Assembly (NCBI GenBank): GCA_041169145.1
Contig: JBEEJO010000002.1
Coordinates: forward strand, 1 to 50,246
Origin: Candidatus Parcubacteria bacterium
GTDB lineage: Bacteria > Patescibacteriota > Minisyncoccia > UBA6257 > 2-01-FULL-56-20
Direction of reading: 5' to 3'
DNA: 50,246 nt
Shown here one piece after another: positions 26,613 through 36,164 of this stretch. The first letter of the stretch is position 1. The number at the start of each line of letters is the position of its first letter. Both the position numbers and the translations under genes were made by a program. Under the pieces are notes generated by a model, which did not search any database, was not told where the DNA came from, and saw only the letters and a list, made by a program, of their open reading frames with translations.

Positions 26613-27956
26613 ATGCGTTTACCAAACCCCATAAAGATCGGCTTGCTCCTTGCGGGCGATATCATCGCGCTCTATGCCGCATTGATCGTAGCGCTTTTCA
26701 TCCGCTATGGATGGAATTTCAATGAGCAGTTCATGGATCTCCATGCGGTCCCCTTCACCGCCATCTTTCCGCTCTGGCTTCTGGTCTTCTATATCGCCGG
26801 GTTATACGACCTGCCGCGCCTGCGGAACAATCTGGAGTTCCTTCAGACGCTTACGCTCACGCTCTTCGTGAATGCATTACTCACAGTGAGCGCCTTCTAC
26901 TTGATACCGGCGCTCGGTATCACGCCGAAAACGAACTTGTTCCTCTTTTTGGTCGCGTTCGCGCTCTTTGAATCCCTGTGGCGGCGAACGTTCAATATCC
27001 GCGCGAGCTTCCGCGAGGGGCTGAACCGGGTTCTCCTCCTGGATAAGAGCCCGCTCGCGCAAGAACTCTCCCGGACGCTCAAAGAGAACCCGCAGGTCGG
27101 CTACGCGATCAAGGCATGGGTGGACGCATCGGAGAGGCCCCAGCATTTGAACTCGCTCATCCGCGAACAGCGCATTACGCTGGTCGTTGTCCCCGCGCAC
27201 TTGCGGCACGATCCCGAAAGCGCACGCATGCTCTATGAGCTCCTCGCAAGCGGCATAGAAGTCCAGGACATGCCGACGTTCTATGAAGCGGTCTCCCGGA
27301 AAGTCCCGCTCGGTTCCATAGACGAATCGTGGTTCATCGAGCACAGTATCGGTGCGCGGCGATTTTATGATGACCTGAAGCGCGGTTTGGAAATCGCTAC
27401 TGCCGTTATCCTTGGTATCGCGCTCTTGCCGCTCGAACTTTGCATCGCACTGCTTGTCGCGCTGACCTCGCGGGGGCCCGTCATTTACAGCCAGGTCCGC
27501 ACCGGAAAGCACGGACAGCCGTTCACGCTCCATAAGTTCCGGACCATGCGAGCTCTCTCTGCGGACGGTTCTGCCGAAATCCACGGCGCCCAATGGTCGG
27601 GAAAGCATGATGCGCGCGTGACGGCTTTGGGGCGCCTCCTCCGCGCGACACATCTTGATGAACTCCCGCAGCTCTGGAATGTCGTGCGCGGGGAGCTTTC
27701 CTTCGTCGGACCGCGGCCCGAACGGCCGGAGATCATCCAGCGCCTTGTTGCCCAGATCCCCTATTATGAGATCCGCCTTATCGTAAAACCCGGCATCACC
27801 GGGTGGGCGCAGATCAACTACGGAAAAGACGAAACGCCAGCGGACGTTATGGAGAAACTTTCGTATGACGTATACTATCTCAAGAACCGTTCGCTCATTT
27901 TTGACCTTGCCATCATCATAAAAACGGTCAAATCTTTCTTTATTAATCACGCGTAA
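26613..27956 (+). CDS. Polyprenyl-phosphate sugar phosphotransferase (WbaP/EpsB-type priming bacterial sugar transferase)
   Basis: N-terminal transmembrane helices precede the conserved C-terminal domain: PVIYSQVRTGKHGQPFTLHKFRTM...DELPQLWNVVRGELSFVGPRPERPE...KPGITGWAQINY...DVYYLKNRSLIFDLAIIIKT. Confidence 0.9.
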   Translation: MRLPNPIKIGLLLAGDIIALYAALIVALFIRYGWNFNEQFMDLHAVPFTAIFPLWLLVFYIAGLYDLPRLRNNLEFLQTLTLTLFVNALLTVSAFYLIPALGITPKTNLFLFLVAFALFESLWRRTFNIRASFREGLNRVLLLDKSPLAQELSRTLKENPQVGYAIKAWVDASERPQHLNSLIREQRITLVVVPAHLRHDPESARMLYELLASGIEVQDMPTFYEAVSRKVPLGSIDESWFIEHSIGARRFYDDLKRGLEIATAVILGIALLPLELCIALLVALTSRGPVIYSQVRTGKHGQPFTLHKFRTMRALSADGSAEIHGAQWSGKHDARVTALGRLLRATHLDELPQLWNVVRGELSFVGPRPERPEIIQRLVAQIPYYEIRLIVKPGITGWAQINYGKDETPADVMEKLSYDVYYLKNRSLIFDLAIIIKTVKSFFINHA

Positions 27957-27957
27957 T

Positions 27958-28890
27958 ATGAAAATCATCGTCACCGGCGCCGCAGGATTCATCGCAAGCC
28001 ATGTCGCCGATGCGTATATCGCAGCGGGGCATCGCGTCGTCATTATTGATAACCTAGCGACCGGATTCCGTCGGAACGTAAATCCGAAAGCGAAGTTCTA
28101 TAAAGCGGATATCCGCGACCTCGCGCTCATGGAGCGTATCTTCAAACAAGAACGCCCCGAAGTCGTGAATCATCACGCCGCCATCGCCGAGGTCGTGAGG
28201 TCCGTTGCAAATCCCCTGCCAACGTACGAAGTGAACGTGCTCGGTACCGCGAATGTCCTTGTCGCCTTCGGCAAATATGGGCGCGGGAAAAACCGCCGAT
28301 TCCTTTTCTCGTCAACGGGAGGCGCTATTTACGGCGAACCCAAAAAGATACCGGCCGATGAGCGGACACCGCGGACGCCGCTTTCGCCGTACGGGCTCTC
28401 TAAAGCGCTGGGCGAAGACATCATTCATTTCTACGCGAAACAGTACGGCTTCACGCCGGTCATTTTCCGCTACCCGAACGTCTACGGTCCGCGCCAGAAC
28501 CCGAAAGGCGAAGCGGGCGTTATCGCGATCTTCGGCGGACTTCTCAAATCCGGAAAGCGGCCGACTATTTTCGGCGACGGCACAAAGGCCCGCGACTATA
28601 CCTATGTGGGCGATCTCGTCCGAGCAAACCTTGCAGCGCTGAAGCATGGCGATGGACATGTCCTGAATCTCGGCTGGGGCGTCGTCGTTACCGACCGGAT
28701 GATCTTTGACGAAGTCGCCCGCGCGACCGGTTTTCGGGGCAAGCCCGTCTACGCGCCTTACCGAAAAGGCGAGGTATACCGTATCGCGCTTGATGCGCGG
28801 AAAGCGAAACGCGTGCTCGGCTGGACGCCGCGCGTGAAACTTCGAGCCGGCATCCGCCAAGCCATCGCCGGCATCCGGCCTGAACGATGA
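27958..28890 (+). CDS. NAD-dependent nucleotide-sugar epimerase/dehydratase (GalE-like SDR)
   Basis: The Rossmann motif is IIVTGAAGFIASH and the catalytic YxxxK is YGLSKALGE. Length is 310 aa. Confidence 0.9.
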   Translation: MKIIVTGAAGFIASHVADAYIAAGHRVVIIDNLATGFRRNVNPKAKFYKADIRDLALMERIFKQERPEVVNHHAAIAEVVRSVANPLPTYEVNVLGTANVLVAFGKYGRGKNRRFLFSSTGGAIYGEPKKIPADERTPRTPLSPYGLSKALGEDIIHFYAKQYGFTPVIFRYPNVYGPRQNPKGEAGVIAIFGGLLKSGKRPTIFGDGTKARDYTYVGDLVRANLAALKHGDGHVLNLGWGVVVTDRMIFDEVARATGFRGKPVYAPYRKGEVYRIALDARKAKRVLGWTPRVKLRAGIRQAIAGIRPER

Positions 28891-28907
28891 GATAGAGCGA
28901 CGAAGAA

Positions 28908-28936
28908 CAAAAAAGCCCCGGTTGGGGCTTTTTTGT
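28908..28936. terminator. Bidirectional rho-independent terminator between convergent genes
   Basis: AAAAGCCCC (28911-28919) pairs with GGGGCTTTT (28924-28932) around loop GGTT. An A-run lies upstream and a T-run downstream. Confidence 0.75.
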
Positions 28937-28939
28937 TCA

Positions 28940-29476
28940 TTATTTCTTTATCTTTGAACTCGTTTTCTTGTGCCCGTTCCCGTTCGTCACCGCTTCAACG
29001 TAATTCTTCAACAGCCATGAGCTGGATTGCATCTTGCCTCCGTCGCCGATGTTGTAGACCATTTGAGCCCCGATCTCCTCGCACACTTCAACTTCGGGTA
29101 CCGGGTCCATATCCGGACGGCGATCGCCGCCGTTCGCAAAAATGTGCGGGCGAACGACGCGGAGCGTTTCGCACACGCTCATATCTTGCGGATTGGGCCC
29201 GTGGCTTGTAAGTACCACTTCATCAACAACCCCTATCGCATTGATGACCTCTTTCCGCTCATGGTCCGGCATGAAAATATGCATCTTCTTCTTGCGCAGC
29301 CAATGATCGTTGTTCAATATGACGACCAGCTTATCACCAAGCTTTTTCGCTTCCTCGAACATCCGGATGTGCCCGACATGGATCGGGTCGAAGCCGCCGG
29401 AGACCGCAACCACGACCGGCTCGCGCTTCTCCTCCCTTTTTTGTTCCGCACGTTGTGGTGATATCTTCTTGGCCAT
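28940..29476 (-). CDS. Cytidylyl/adenylyltransferase-family protein (RfaE domain II / TagD-like)
   Basis: 178 aa. VVVAVSGGFDPIHVGHIRMFEEAKKLGDKLVVILNND carries the HxGH nucleotidyltransferase motif. Confidence 0.8.
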   Translation of the reverse strand: MAKKISPQRAEQKREEKREPVVVAVSGGFDPIHVGHIRMFEEAKKLGDKLVVILNNDHWLRKKKMHIFMPDHERKEVINAIGVVDEVVLTSHGPNPQDMSVCETLRVVRPHIFANGGDRRPDMDPVPEVEVCEEIGAQMVYNIGDGGKMQSSSWLLKNYVEAVTNGNGHKKTSSKIKK

Positions 29477-29579
29477 TGGTTTTTCCTATTATTTTTTAAT
29501 ACCCATTATCGTAGCAAATCCGCCAAAATCGTGATAGCGTGATACCTGATGCGCATTGTTTTCGCGTATTTCGTAGGGT

Positions 29580-29585
29580 CATAAT
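29580..29585 (+). promoter_or_regulatory. -10 box (CATAAT) 7 nt upstream of the flippase ATG
   Basis: The plus strand reads GGGTCATAATACCCAATATG, with no Shine-Dalgarno sequence. Confidence 0.35.
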
Positions 29586-29592
29586 ACCCAAT

Positions 29593-31095
29593 ATGTTACA
29601 AAAAGTCAAGCACTTCCTCTTCGAGAACCGAACGGTTCGCCAGACCATTGCCAAAAATACGTTCTGGCTTGCCGTGTCCAACTTCGGCGGACGATTCATC
29701 CGTGCCGCCGTCATCATCTATGCCGCCCGCGTGCTCGGCCCTGCCGAATGGGGCGTATTTAACTACGTTGTCACCATCGTCGCATTTCTCACGCTCTTCG
29801 TAGATTCTGGCTTTAATCAGGTTATGATCCGCGATCGGGCGCAGGCTGCCGATCCGAATGCAAAACACTCCATTACTGCCACGACGCTGTGGCTCAAGGT
29901 TGCGTTCATGTGTATAGGTGCTGTGCTCATCCTTGTGCTTGCTCCCCTCCTGCCGACCGCGGATGCTTTCACCGCGGAAAAGGCTGCCGTGCTCTTTCCT
30001 ATCGTCGTATTCATTATGATCTTCGACAACATCCGGGAGTTCTACCATGCGATCTTCCGCTCAGAGGAACGAATGGAATGGGAAGCAGTAAGCTATGGCA
30101 TTACGAACGTGTTCATTGTTGTATTTGGATTCCTCCTCCTTTTCACCCATCCTACCGTCCGAGGGTTTGCTTTTGGATATGCGCTTGGCGCAGGTGCGGG
30201 CACTTTGATTGCGACTATCCTCGTCCGAAAATACCTCCACAGGATCTGGACTGGTTTTTCCTGGTCGAACGCATGGCGGCTTCTCCGCGCTATTTGGCCA
30301 TACACCATATCCGGCGCTCTCGGCATGCTCATGATCAATACGGATATCGTCATGCTTGGCTGGTTCCGCTCTTCGCAAGAAGTCGGATGGTATGCCGGAC
30401 CACAACGCATCATTCAACTTATCTATCTTGTCCCGGCCGTTATGTCCGTAAGCGTCCTTCCGGCTTTCTCGCGCCTCGCGGTCCAGTCCAAGGAGAAAAT
30501 GACACAGGCGATAGAACAAAGCATCAGCGCCATCTACATGGCTGCGCTCCCCATCGCTGCAGGAGGTATCATCGTTGCGCTCCCGCTCATACAGTTCCTC
30601 TTCGGCAGTGAATTCCTCCCGGGCGCCGTGCCGCTGCAAATTCTGCTCCTGACACTCCTGGCGGACTTCTCGGCCGTACTCCTTGGCAATGTCCTTCTCG
30701 CCTACGATCACCAAAAGAATCTGGTCGCTTATTCCGCCATCGGCGGATTCATGAACGTCGCCCTGAATCTCTTGCTTATTCCGCATTTCGGCGTCATCGG
30801 GTGCGCCACCGCAACGCTCGGCGCGCAGCTCGCAAGCAATGCATATCTGCAATACACCGTCCGGCAAATCCATTCTTTCCACATCGCACCGCACCTTTCG
30901 AACGCACTCCTCGCGACGGCAGCCATGATCGCCGGCGCGCTCGTACTCCAGGCTCTCGGGACACATGTGCTTCTCACTGTTGTCGCCGGAGGGCTTATCT
31001 ACGGCGGGGTTCTTTACCTGCGCCGCGAGCCGTTGCTTCGCGACCTACGGAACATCGTTCTCCGCCCCGCTTCTGCGGCGAATATCACGAAATAA
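29593..31095 (+). CDS. Polysaccharide flippase (Wzx-like, MOP superfamily)
   Basis: About 500 aa with 12 or more hydrophobic helices. The N-terminus reads TIAKNTFWLAVSNFGGRFIRAAVIIYAARVLGPAEWGVF, typical of polysaccharide biosynthesis (PST) proteins. Confidence 0.8.
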   Translation: MLQKVKHFLFENRTVRQTIAKNTFWLAVSNFGGRFIRAAVIIYAARVLGPAEWGVFNYVVTIVAFLTLFVDSGFNQVMIRDRAQAADPNAKHSITATTLWLKVAFMCIGAVLILVLAPLLPTADAFTAEKAAVLFPIVVFIMIFDNIREFYHAIFRSEERMEWEAVSYGITNVFIVVFGFLLLFTHPTVRGFAFGYALGAGAGTLIATILVRKYLHRIWTGFSWSNAWRLLRAIWPYTISGALGMLMINTDIVMLGWFRSSQEVGWYAGPQRIIQLIYLVPAVMSVSVLPAFSRLAVQSKEKMTQAIEQSISAIYMAALPIAAGGIIVALPLIQFLFGSEFLPGAVPLQILLLTLLADFSAVLLGNVLLAYDHQKNLVAYSAIGGFMNVALNLLLIPHFGVIGCATATLGAQLASNAYLQYTVRQIHSFHIAPHLSNALLATAAMIAGALVLQALGTHVLLTVVAGGLIYGGVLYLRREPLLRDLRNIVLRPASAANITK

Positions 31096-31849
31096 ACCGA
31101 AAACGTCCATCGTTGAGATACTCCTCCACTGCGTTGTATCGCTCCGGGGTGCCGATATCCAGAATATAGTCGTCGGAGAGGTAGCCGGAAAATCGCTCTC
31201 CTTTCATGAGGATGTCGGGCAGGATTTGATGGTCTATCTCGTAGTACCGTTTCGGCGGGATATATCGCATGATGCGCTCATTGAAGATATAGGTGGCAAG
31301 AAACGACATTCGCGTGTCCGGCAGATTCCTTGCGTGCGGCTTCAGGTAGAGCTTTTTGAAATTCAGCGCATCGTCTACCTCTACCAGGTCGGAATCCTGC
31401 GGATGATCGGTTTCGCCAATGAGCATCATCCCGATATGTCCAGGCCGCTCCGCGAACTCTGCCGCCATTCTGCCGTAATCCAACCGGCTGAACATATCGC
31501 CGTAGATCACAAAAAAATCTCCATGGACCATCCCGTCGAAATTCTTTACGCCGCCAGCCGTGCCGCGGATTTCCGGTTCTTCCTTCACATAGGTTATCTT
31601 CACGTTCCATTTCGACCCATCGCCGAAATAGTCGGTTATTTTTTCGGGAAGATAGAAGAGATTGATGAACAATTCGTTCACCCCGAATTTTTTGAACTGC
31701 TCGATGTGGTGCTCCAAAAGCGGCTTTCCGCCGAGCGGCACCATTACTTTCGGCACGGCATCACCAGTTACGGAACGAAGCCGTGTGCCGAGACCGGCCG
31801 AGAGAATGATAGCCTGAGTGATAGGATTCTTGTTGGCTTTTTCGTCCAT
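31085..31849 (-). CDS. Sugar-1-phosphate nucleotidyltransferase (HddC/GMP-like)
   Basis: 254 aa. AIILSAGLGTRLRSVTGDAVPKVMVPLGGKPLLEH carries the GxGTRL NTP-transferase motif. The antisense 297-aa ORF was rejected. Confidence 0.85.
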   Translation of the reverse strand: MDEKANKNPITQAIILSAGLGTRLRSVTGDAVPKVMVPLGGKPLLEHHIEQFKKFGVNELFINLFYLPEKITDYFGDGSKWNVKITYVKEEPEIRGTAGGVKNFDGMVHGDFFVIYGDMFSRLDYGRMAAEFAERPGHIGMMLIGETDHPQDSDLVEVDDALNFKKLYLKPHARNLPDTRMSFLATYIFNERIMRYIPPKRYYEIDHQILPDILMKGERFSGYLSDDYILDIGTPERYNAVEEYLNDGRFRFIS

Positions 31850-31872
31850 GCAACGTAGAATATGGGTATTCT

Positions 31873-32658
31873 ATGGCCTCTCTACAAGATATACAACCGG
31901 TGGTTCACCTCATGAAGGATGTTGGCGAACAGATACTCCGCTGGCGGTCGGAAGCCGACCTTACGCAATACGACTACAAGAAAGGAAAGGAGGTTGTTTC
32001 CGAACTTGATAAACAGGCGGAGCGGCTGATTCGCGCGGAAGTTCGGAAGCTTTTTCCGACCCACAAGCTCTGGGGCGAAGAACTCGGTAAAGACAGCGGC
32101 GACCTTGATAAGGAGCGCTTCCTTGTTGTTGACCCGATTGACGGCACAAAAAACTATCTTTCCGGAAATCCCCTCTTTGCTTCCCAGATCGCTTGTTTAG
32201 AGAACGGGCGTATCCGCTGGGGCATCATCAATCTTCCGGCGCTCAATGAACTGTATATGGCGATGGATGGCCAGGGCGCGTTGTGCAACGATAAACCTAT
32301 TCATCCCTCTCGCCAGGACAACCTTGGTCTTGCTCTCCAGTGTTTCGGCATTGGACATGATGCCGAAAATTTCCTTCGATTGCCGCAGCTCATCAAGAAT
32401 CACCTTGCCGAACCGCGGCACTATGGCTGCGCCGGCGTTCATTTTTCGTTCCTTGCCTGCGGCAGGACCGATATCTACATCGCTGCGGAAGCCGCATTCT
32501 ACGATGCCGCGGCGGGATACATACTATGCAAAGAAGCGGGGCTGGAATTCGCAACGCTTGAAGGACACGAGTTCCCCTGGAAAACCCGTGGCCTGAATGT
32601 GGTCATTGCGAACCCCGCACTGATGAAGGAATACAAGAAGGCGATCGCTTCAGCCTAA
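31873..32658 (+). CDS. Inositol monophosphatase-family sugar phosphatase
   Basis: 261 aa with the motifs WGEELG, VVDPIDGTKNY and YDAAAGYILCKEAG. Confidence 0.85.
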   Translation: MASLQDIQPVVHLMKDVGEQILRWRSEADLTQYDYKKGKEVVSELDKQAERLIRAEVRKLFPTHKLWGEELGKDSGDLDKERFLVVDPIDGTKNYLSGNPLFASQIACLENGRIRWGIINLPALNELYMAMDGQGALCNDKPIHPSRQDNLGLALQCFGIGHDAENFLRLPQLIKNHLAEPRHYGCAGVHFSFLACGRTDIYIAAEAAFYDAAAGYILCKEAGLEFATLEGHEFPWKTRGLNVVIANPALMKEYKKAIASA

Positions 32659-33629
32659 CGGAGATCTGCAACGACCTCGCTTCCCTTTTCCGTGAATCTC
32701 ACGGGGAATTCGCCATATCGAGCGAGCGCTTTCCGAACTGCAGTATGGCGCGAACGAGGCGCAAGCACGTACAAGAACCCGCCGCCGCCCGCGCCGCTCA
32801 CCCGGCCGCCCCACGCGCCCGCGCGAATCGCGGCTGCATGCATGCGCAAAAGCTCCGGCGTTGCGATACCGGCGGACAGATTTCGCTTTATCATCCATTC
32901 CTCGGTCAGATATCCAGCGAACCGCTCCACATCGCCACGCATAAGCGCTGCCGCCGCGGGCTCCGCTAAAGCGGCCATCTGTTTCAGATACGGAAAATTT
33001 TCCTTGTCTCGTTTTGCTTGCGCGCCGAGGATGGCGGATGCTGAGTGGCCGGCGCCAGTGTGAAACACGAGGATATGTTCCTGTAGCGCCCGCTGGTTCC
33101 GCGCCGTGAGACGCACGCGCTTCACGTCCACAAATCCGTTCCGCCGATAGATCGTATGGTTCAACCCTCCGAATGCCGACGCATACTGGTCCTGTTTGCC
33201 GATGGGTTCCTTGAGTGCTTCTATCTCAATATGCGCGGCGAGTTCCGCGATCGCGCGCGGCGTCGCCCGTTCTCGGAACAGAATGGCTATCGCATGAATG
33301 AGCGCGACGACGAAACTGGAGGATGAACCCAGACCAGAGCCGCCATACGGTACATCCGAGAGCGATACGATCTCCAAACCGTCCGTGACGCCGAAATGCC
33401 GCAGAACCGCTTTCGCGCGGGCGTGTTCAAGTTGGTCCCGGTGCGATACCCGTTCGGTCTTTTCATGCAGGAACATGATGCCACGGCCCGGCGCGGGCTT
33501 CACGACAACATAGATATATTTGTCTATTGTGGAGTTCAGAATATGCCCCGGCGAGCGGCGGTAGAACGAAGCGATATCCGTTGATCCGCCGAGGAACTCA
33601 AGCCGTAATGGTGCGCGAACGACGATCAT
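32655..33629 (-). CDS. GHMP-family sugar kinase (HddA-like), copy 1
   Basis: 324 aa. The N-terminus is RAPLRLEFLGGSTD and the GHMP motif II is PYGGSGLGSSSSFVVALI. It overlaps the SIS gene by 4 nt. Confidence 0.85.
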   Translation of the reverse strand: MIVVRAPLRLEFLGGSTDIASFYRRSPGHILNSTIDKYIYVVVKPAPGRGIMFLHEKTERVSHRDQLEHARAKAVLRHFGVTDGLEIVSLSDVPYGGSGLGSSSSFVVALIHAIAILFRERATPRAIAELAAHIEIEALKEPIGKQDQYASAFGGLNHTIYRRNGFVDVKRVRLTARNQRALQEHILVFHTGAGHSASAILGAQAKRDKENFPYLKQMAALAEPAAAALMRGDVERFAGYLTEEWMIKRNLSAGIATPELLRMHAAAIRAGAWGGRVSGAGGGGFLYVLAPRSRHTAVRKALARYGEFPVRFTEKGSEVVADLR

Positions 33630-34225
33630 TTCTCCCGTTCCGCAAGGTGATCAAAATAATCCTTAAAATAGCGGATGATGAGATGGAGAATGACGCCATG
33701 CACGCCTTCTACAATGAAGTAATCCCCTTTTTCGGTCGGCACATGGATCTTTGCATCCGCAAGTTCGCGAAGCCTGCCGCCGCTGAATCCCGAGAGTCCG
33801 ATGATGGGCACGTGGTGCTCTTTCGCAAGCTCCACGGCTTTTACCACGTTCGGCGAGTCGCCGGAGCTGGAGATGGCGATAACAACGTCCGAATCCTGGA
33901 TATAGTTCTTGAGCGGACCGGCGAATATCATGTCAAAACCGATGTCGTTCGCCCATGCCGTTATCTCGGACTCGGTTGAGGGTAGCCGAACGGCCTGGAA
34001 TCGCCTCGCGCGTTCGTTCAGGTGTTTCCCAAAGATGGTCTTGTTGAAGTCGGCGACCCAATGCGTCGCCATCGCCAGCGAACCGCCATTCCCGAAAACA
34101 TAGATGCGTCCGTCGCGTTCATAACACGCCTGAAGAATATTAATGGCCTTCGCGATCTCTTCTGAAGAAACCTTATCCAGAGTATCCTTTGCCCGTCCGA
34201 CGAAATTTTTAATGTACTCTTCCAT
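33626..34225 (-). CDS. SIS-domain sugar-phosphate isomerase (GmhA-like phosphoheptose isomerase)
   Basis: 199 aa containing IYVFGNGGSLAMATHWVADF and VVIAISSSGDSPNVVKAV. Confidence 0.85.
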   Translation of the reverse strand: MEEYIKNFVGRAKDTLDKVSSEEIAKAINILQACYERDGRIYVFGNGGSLAMATHWVADFNKTIFGKHLNERARRFQAVRLPSTESEITAWANDIGFDMIFAGPLKNYIQDSDVVIAISSSGDSPNVVKAVELAKEHHVPIIGLSGFSGGRLRELADAKIHVPTEKGDYFIVEGVHGVILHLIIRYFKDYFDHLAEREK

Positions 34226-34233
34226 GGTCTGTG

Positions 34234-35259
34234 TTACGCGAATCGCGTTTCGTAGAAGTGATCGCCGTTCCAGAGCACCTCGGCGCCCGACTGCACGAAC
34301 TTCACCGGTATCTCGCGAGCTTCGGACAGGTTATTCTGCTTCGCGATCGCGGTAAGCGCTTTCATGATCGCCGGATGTCGTTCGGCTGGCGCAAGGAACA
34401 TCATACACCCGCTTCCGCTCACGCCAAGCACCTTTCCACCCCATGCGCCGTTCTTTATTCCCGCTTTGTAGTATTCGTCAATAAGCGCCCGTGATACGGA
34501 TGACGCAGAATCCTGTTTCAACGACCAACCGCGATGTAATAATTCACCCATACCTTTCACATCGCCTTTCATCAGCCGGGCTTCAAATTCGGGGACCAGA
34601 TCCGCCGTTGCTTTGAGCGCTTGCATACGCTGCGTACTATTCGCCTGCTGCCCTTTGAGCGTGCTCGCCGTGTCCTGTGCAAGTCCCATAAAGAACACGA
34701 GCATATCCTCTTCAAGCGCGGACCGCACTTTGTAGTCGATGAGCACCGGTTTTGCATCAACAGTCCCGTCGGCGTTGAATTGGAACACATTGAACCCTCC
34801 GAATGCAGCGGCATACTGGTCTTGTTTTCCAATGGGCTCTCCCACTAGTTCTATTTCCAGCCGACTTGCCGCTTCCGCAGCATCTTCCTTGCTGATCTTC
34901 TTCCCCTGATAGGCATGCAACGCTTTTACGAGCGCAACCGAAAAACTGGACGACGAACCGAGGCCGGTTTTCGCCGGCAACGGCGCGAAGGATGCCACTT
35001 CGATATTGCGCTCAATGCCCATATCCAACAGCGCCGCCTTGATGCGCGTGTGCTGAAGTTCGCTCGCATGATTCACGGTCTCCGAAATGGAATATCGAGC
35101 CGATACTTTATCCACCAAGGACGTCCGATTCAAGACGATATATACATACTTATCGATGGCCGCGGAGATGACGCGCCCGGGCGAGTGGCGATAAAAATCG
35201 GGGAGGTCCGTTCCCCCACCGACAAAACTGATGCGCATAGGCGCGCGAGCAACGATCAT
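34234..35259 (-). CDS. GHMP-family sugar kinase (HddA-like), copy 2
   Basis: 341 aa containing RAPMRISFVGGGTD and PAKTGLGSSSSFSVALVKAL. It is a paralogue of 32655-33629. Confidence 0.85.
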   Translation of the reverse strand: MIVARAPMRISFVGGGTDLPDFYRHSPGRVISAAIDKYVYIVLNRTSLVDKVSARYSISETVNHASELQHTRIKAALLDMGIERNIEVASFAPLPAKTGLGSSSSFSVALVKALHAYQGKKISKEDAAEAASRLEIELVGEPIGKQDQYAAAFGGFNVFQFNADGTVDAKPVLIDYKVRSALEEDMLVFFMGLAQDTASTLKGQQANSTQRMQALKATADLVPEFEARLMKGDVKGMGELLHRGWSLKQDSASSVSRALIDEYYKAGIKNGAWGGKVLGVSGSGCMMFLAPAERHPAIMKALTAIAKQNNLSEAREIPVKFVQSGAEVLWNGDHFYETRFA

Positions 35260-35294
35260 GACACCACTAATCTAACGGAAAAACAGCCGCTTGG

Positions 35295-36164
35295 TCAAGT
35301 ATCGTGCTTGACCTTGCCGGACAAAAACTTCTTCACCGGCCATAGGAGCGCATGCACACGCTTGCGGATGCCGAACGGAATGACCGCATAACACAGCTGG
35401 AGCACATGGATAAAAAAACCATGCCAGAATCCCGGATACTTCCCGCGGTAGCGCCACAGGACCCGGAACGCTTTCATTGTGTGCGGCAGCATGTCTTTCG
35501 CCGAACGATTTTTCCCCGTTGAGGTGTAATACGAGAAATATGCCGGGAAATTATAGAGCTTCCCCGCAAGGCCCATTTTGAGGGAAAAATCCCAATCCTC
35601 ATTGAAGTTCAGCTCGCGGTCAAACCCGCCGACGCGGCGCAAGACATCTGCACGGTAGATGCCGGTCGAGGACGCGATGGGATTCGTGACAAGCGCCGTA
35701 CGATGAATGGATCCGTCCGTTTCTTCCTTGAAATAGCGGTAGAGCTCTTTGCCGTCCGGGTCAACAACGATCATTCCCCCGCCCGCGCCGACGTAATCCG
35801 GATGCTCTTCAAGGAACGCAACTTGTTTCGCAAGCTTGTCGTTGCCGATCCACGCATCGTCCGAATCAACGCGGGCGATGTATTTCCCCCGTGCGGCCTC
35901 TACGCCGCGATTGAACGTGTACGGAATGCCGCTATTCTTGTCGTTCTCCAGATACACGATGCGCGGATCTCGTTTCGCATACTCCGCAACGACAGTGCGC
36001 GTATCGTCCGTCGAACCGTCGTTCACCACGATAAGCTCGAGTTCGCGAAGTGTTTGACCGAGAACGCTCTCAATGGACTTGCCGACAAATCGCGCCTGAT
36101 TCCACGTCGGCATGATAACCGATACGACAGGTGTCGCAGAGTTGTTCTTTGGCGCGGTATTCAT
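35295..36164 (-). CDS. Glycosyltransferase family 2
   Basis: It contains VSVIMPTWNQARFVGKSIESVLGQT...LIVVNDGSTDDT...RVDSDD. Confidence 0.85.
   Translation of the reverse strand: MNTAPKNNSATPVVSVIMPTWNQARFVGKSIESVLGQTLRELELIVVNDGSTDDTRTVVAEYAKRDPRIVYLENDKNSGIPYTFNRGVEAARGKYIARVDSDDAWIGNDKLAKQVAFLEEHPDYVGAGGGMIVVDPDGKELYRYFKEETDGSIHRTALVTNPIASSTGIYRADVLRRVGGFDRELNFNEDWDFSLKMGLAGKLYNFPAYFSYYTSTGKNRSAKDMLPHTMKAFRVLWRYRGKYPGFWHGFFIHVLQLCYAVIPFGIRKRVHALLWPVKKFLSGKVKHDT

Noticed and set aside
26877-28043. A 388-aa minus-strand ORF antisense to the priming sugar transferase gene
   Set aside because: The sense frame carries the full bacterial sugar transferase signature, and the antisense frame has none.
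30061-31858. Long ORFs antisense to the flippase gene (30061-30966, minus) and the nucleotidyltransferase gene (30965-31858, plus)
   Set aside because: The opposite frames encode a multi-transmembrane flippase and a GxGTRL nucleotidyltransferase respectively. These ORFs are GC-driven artefacts.
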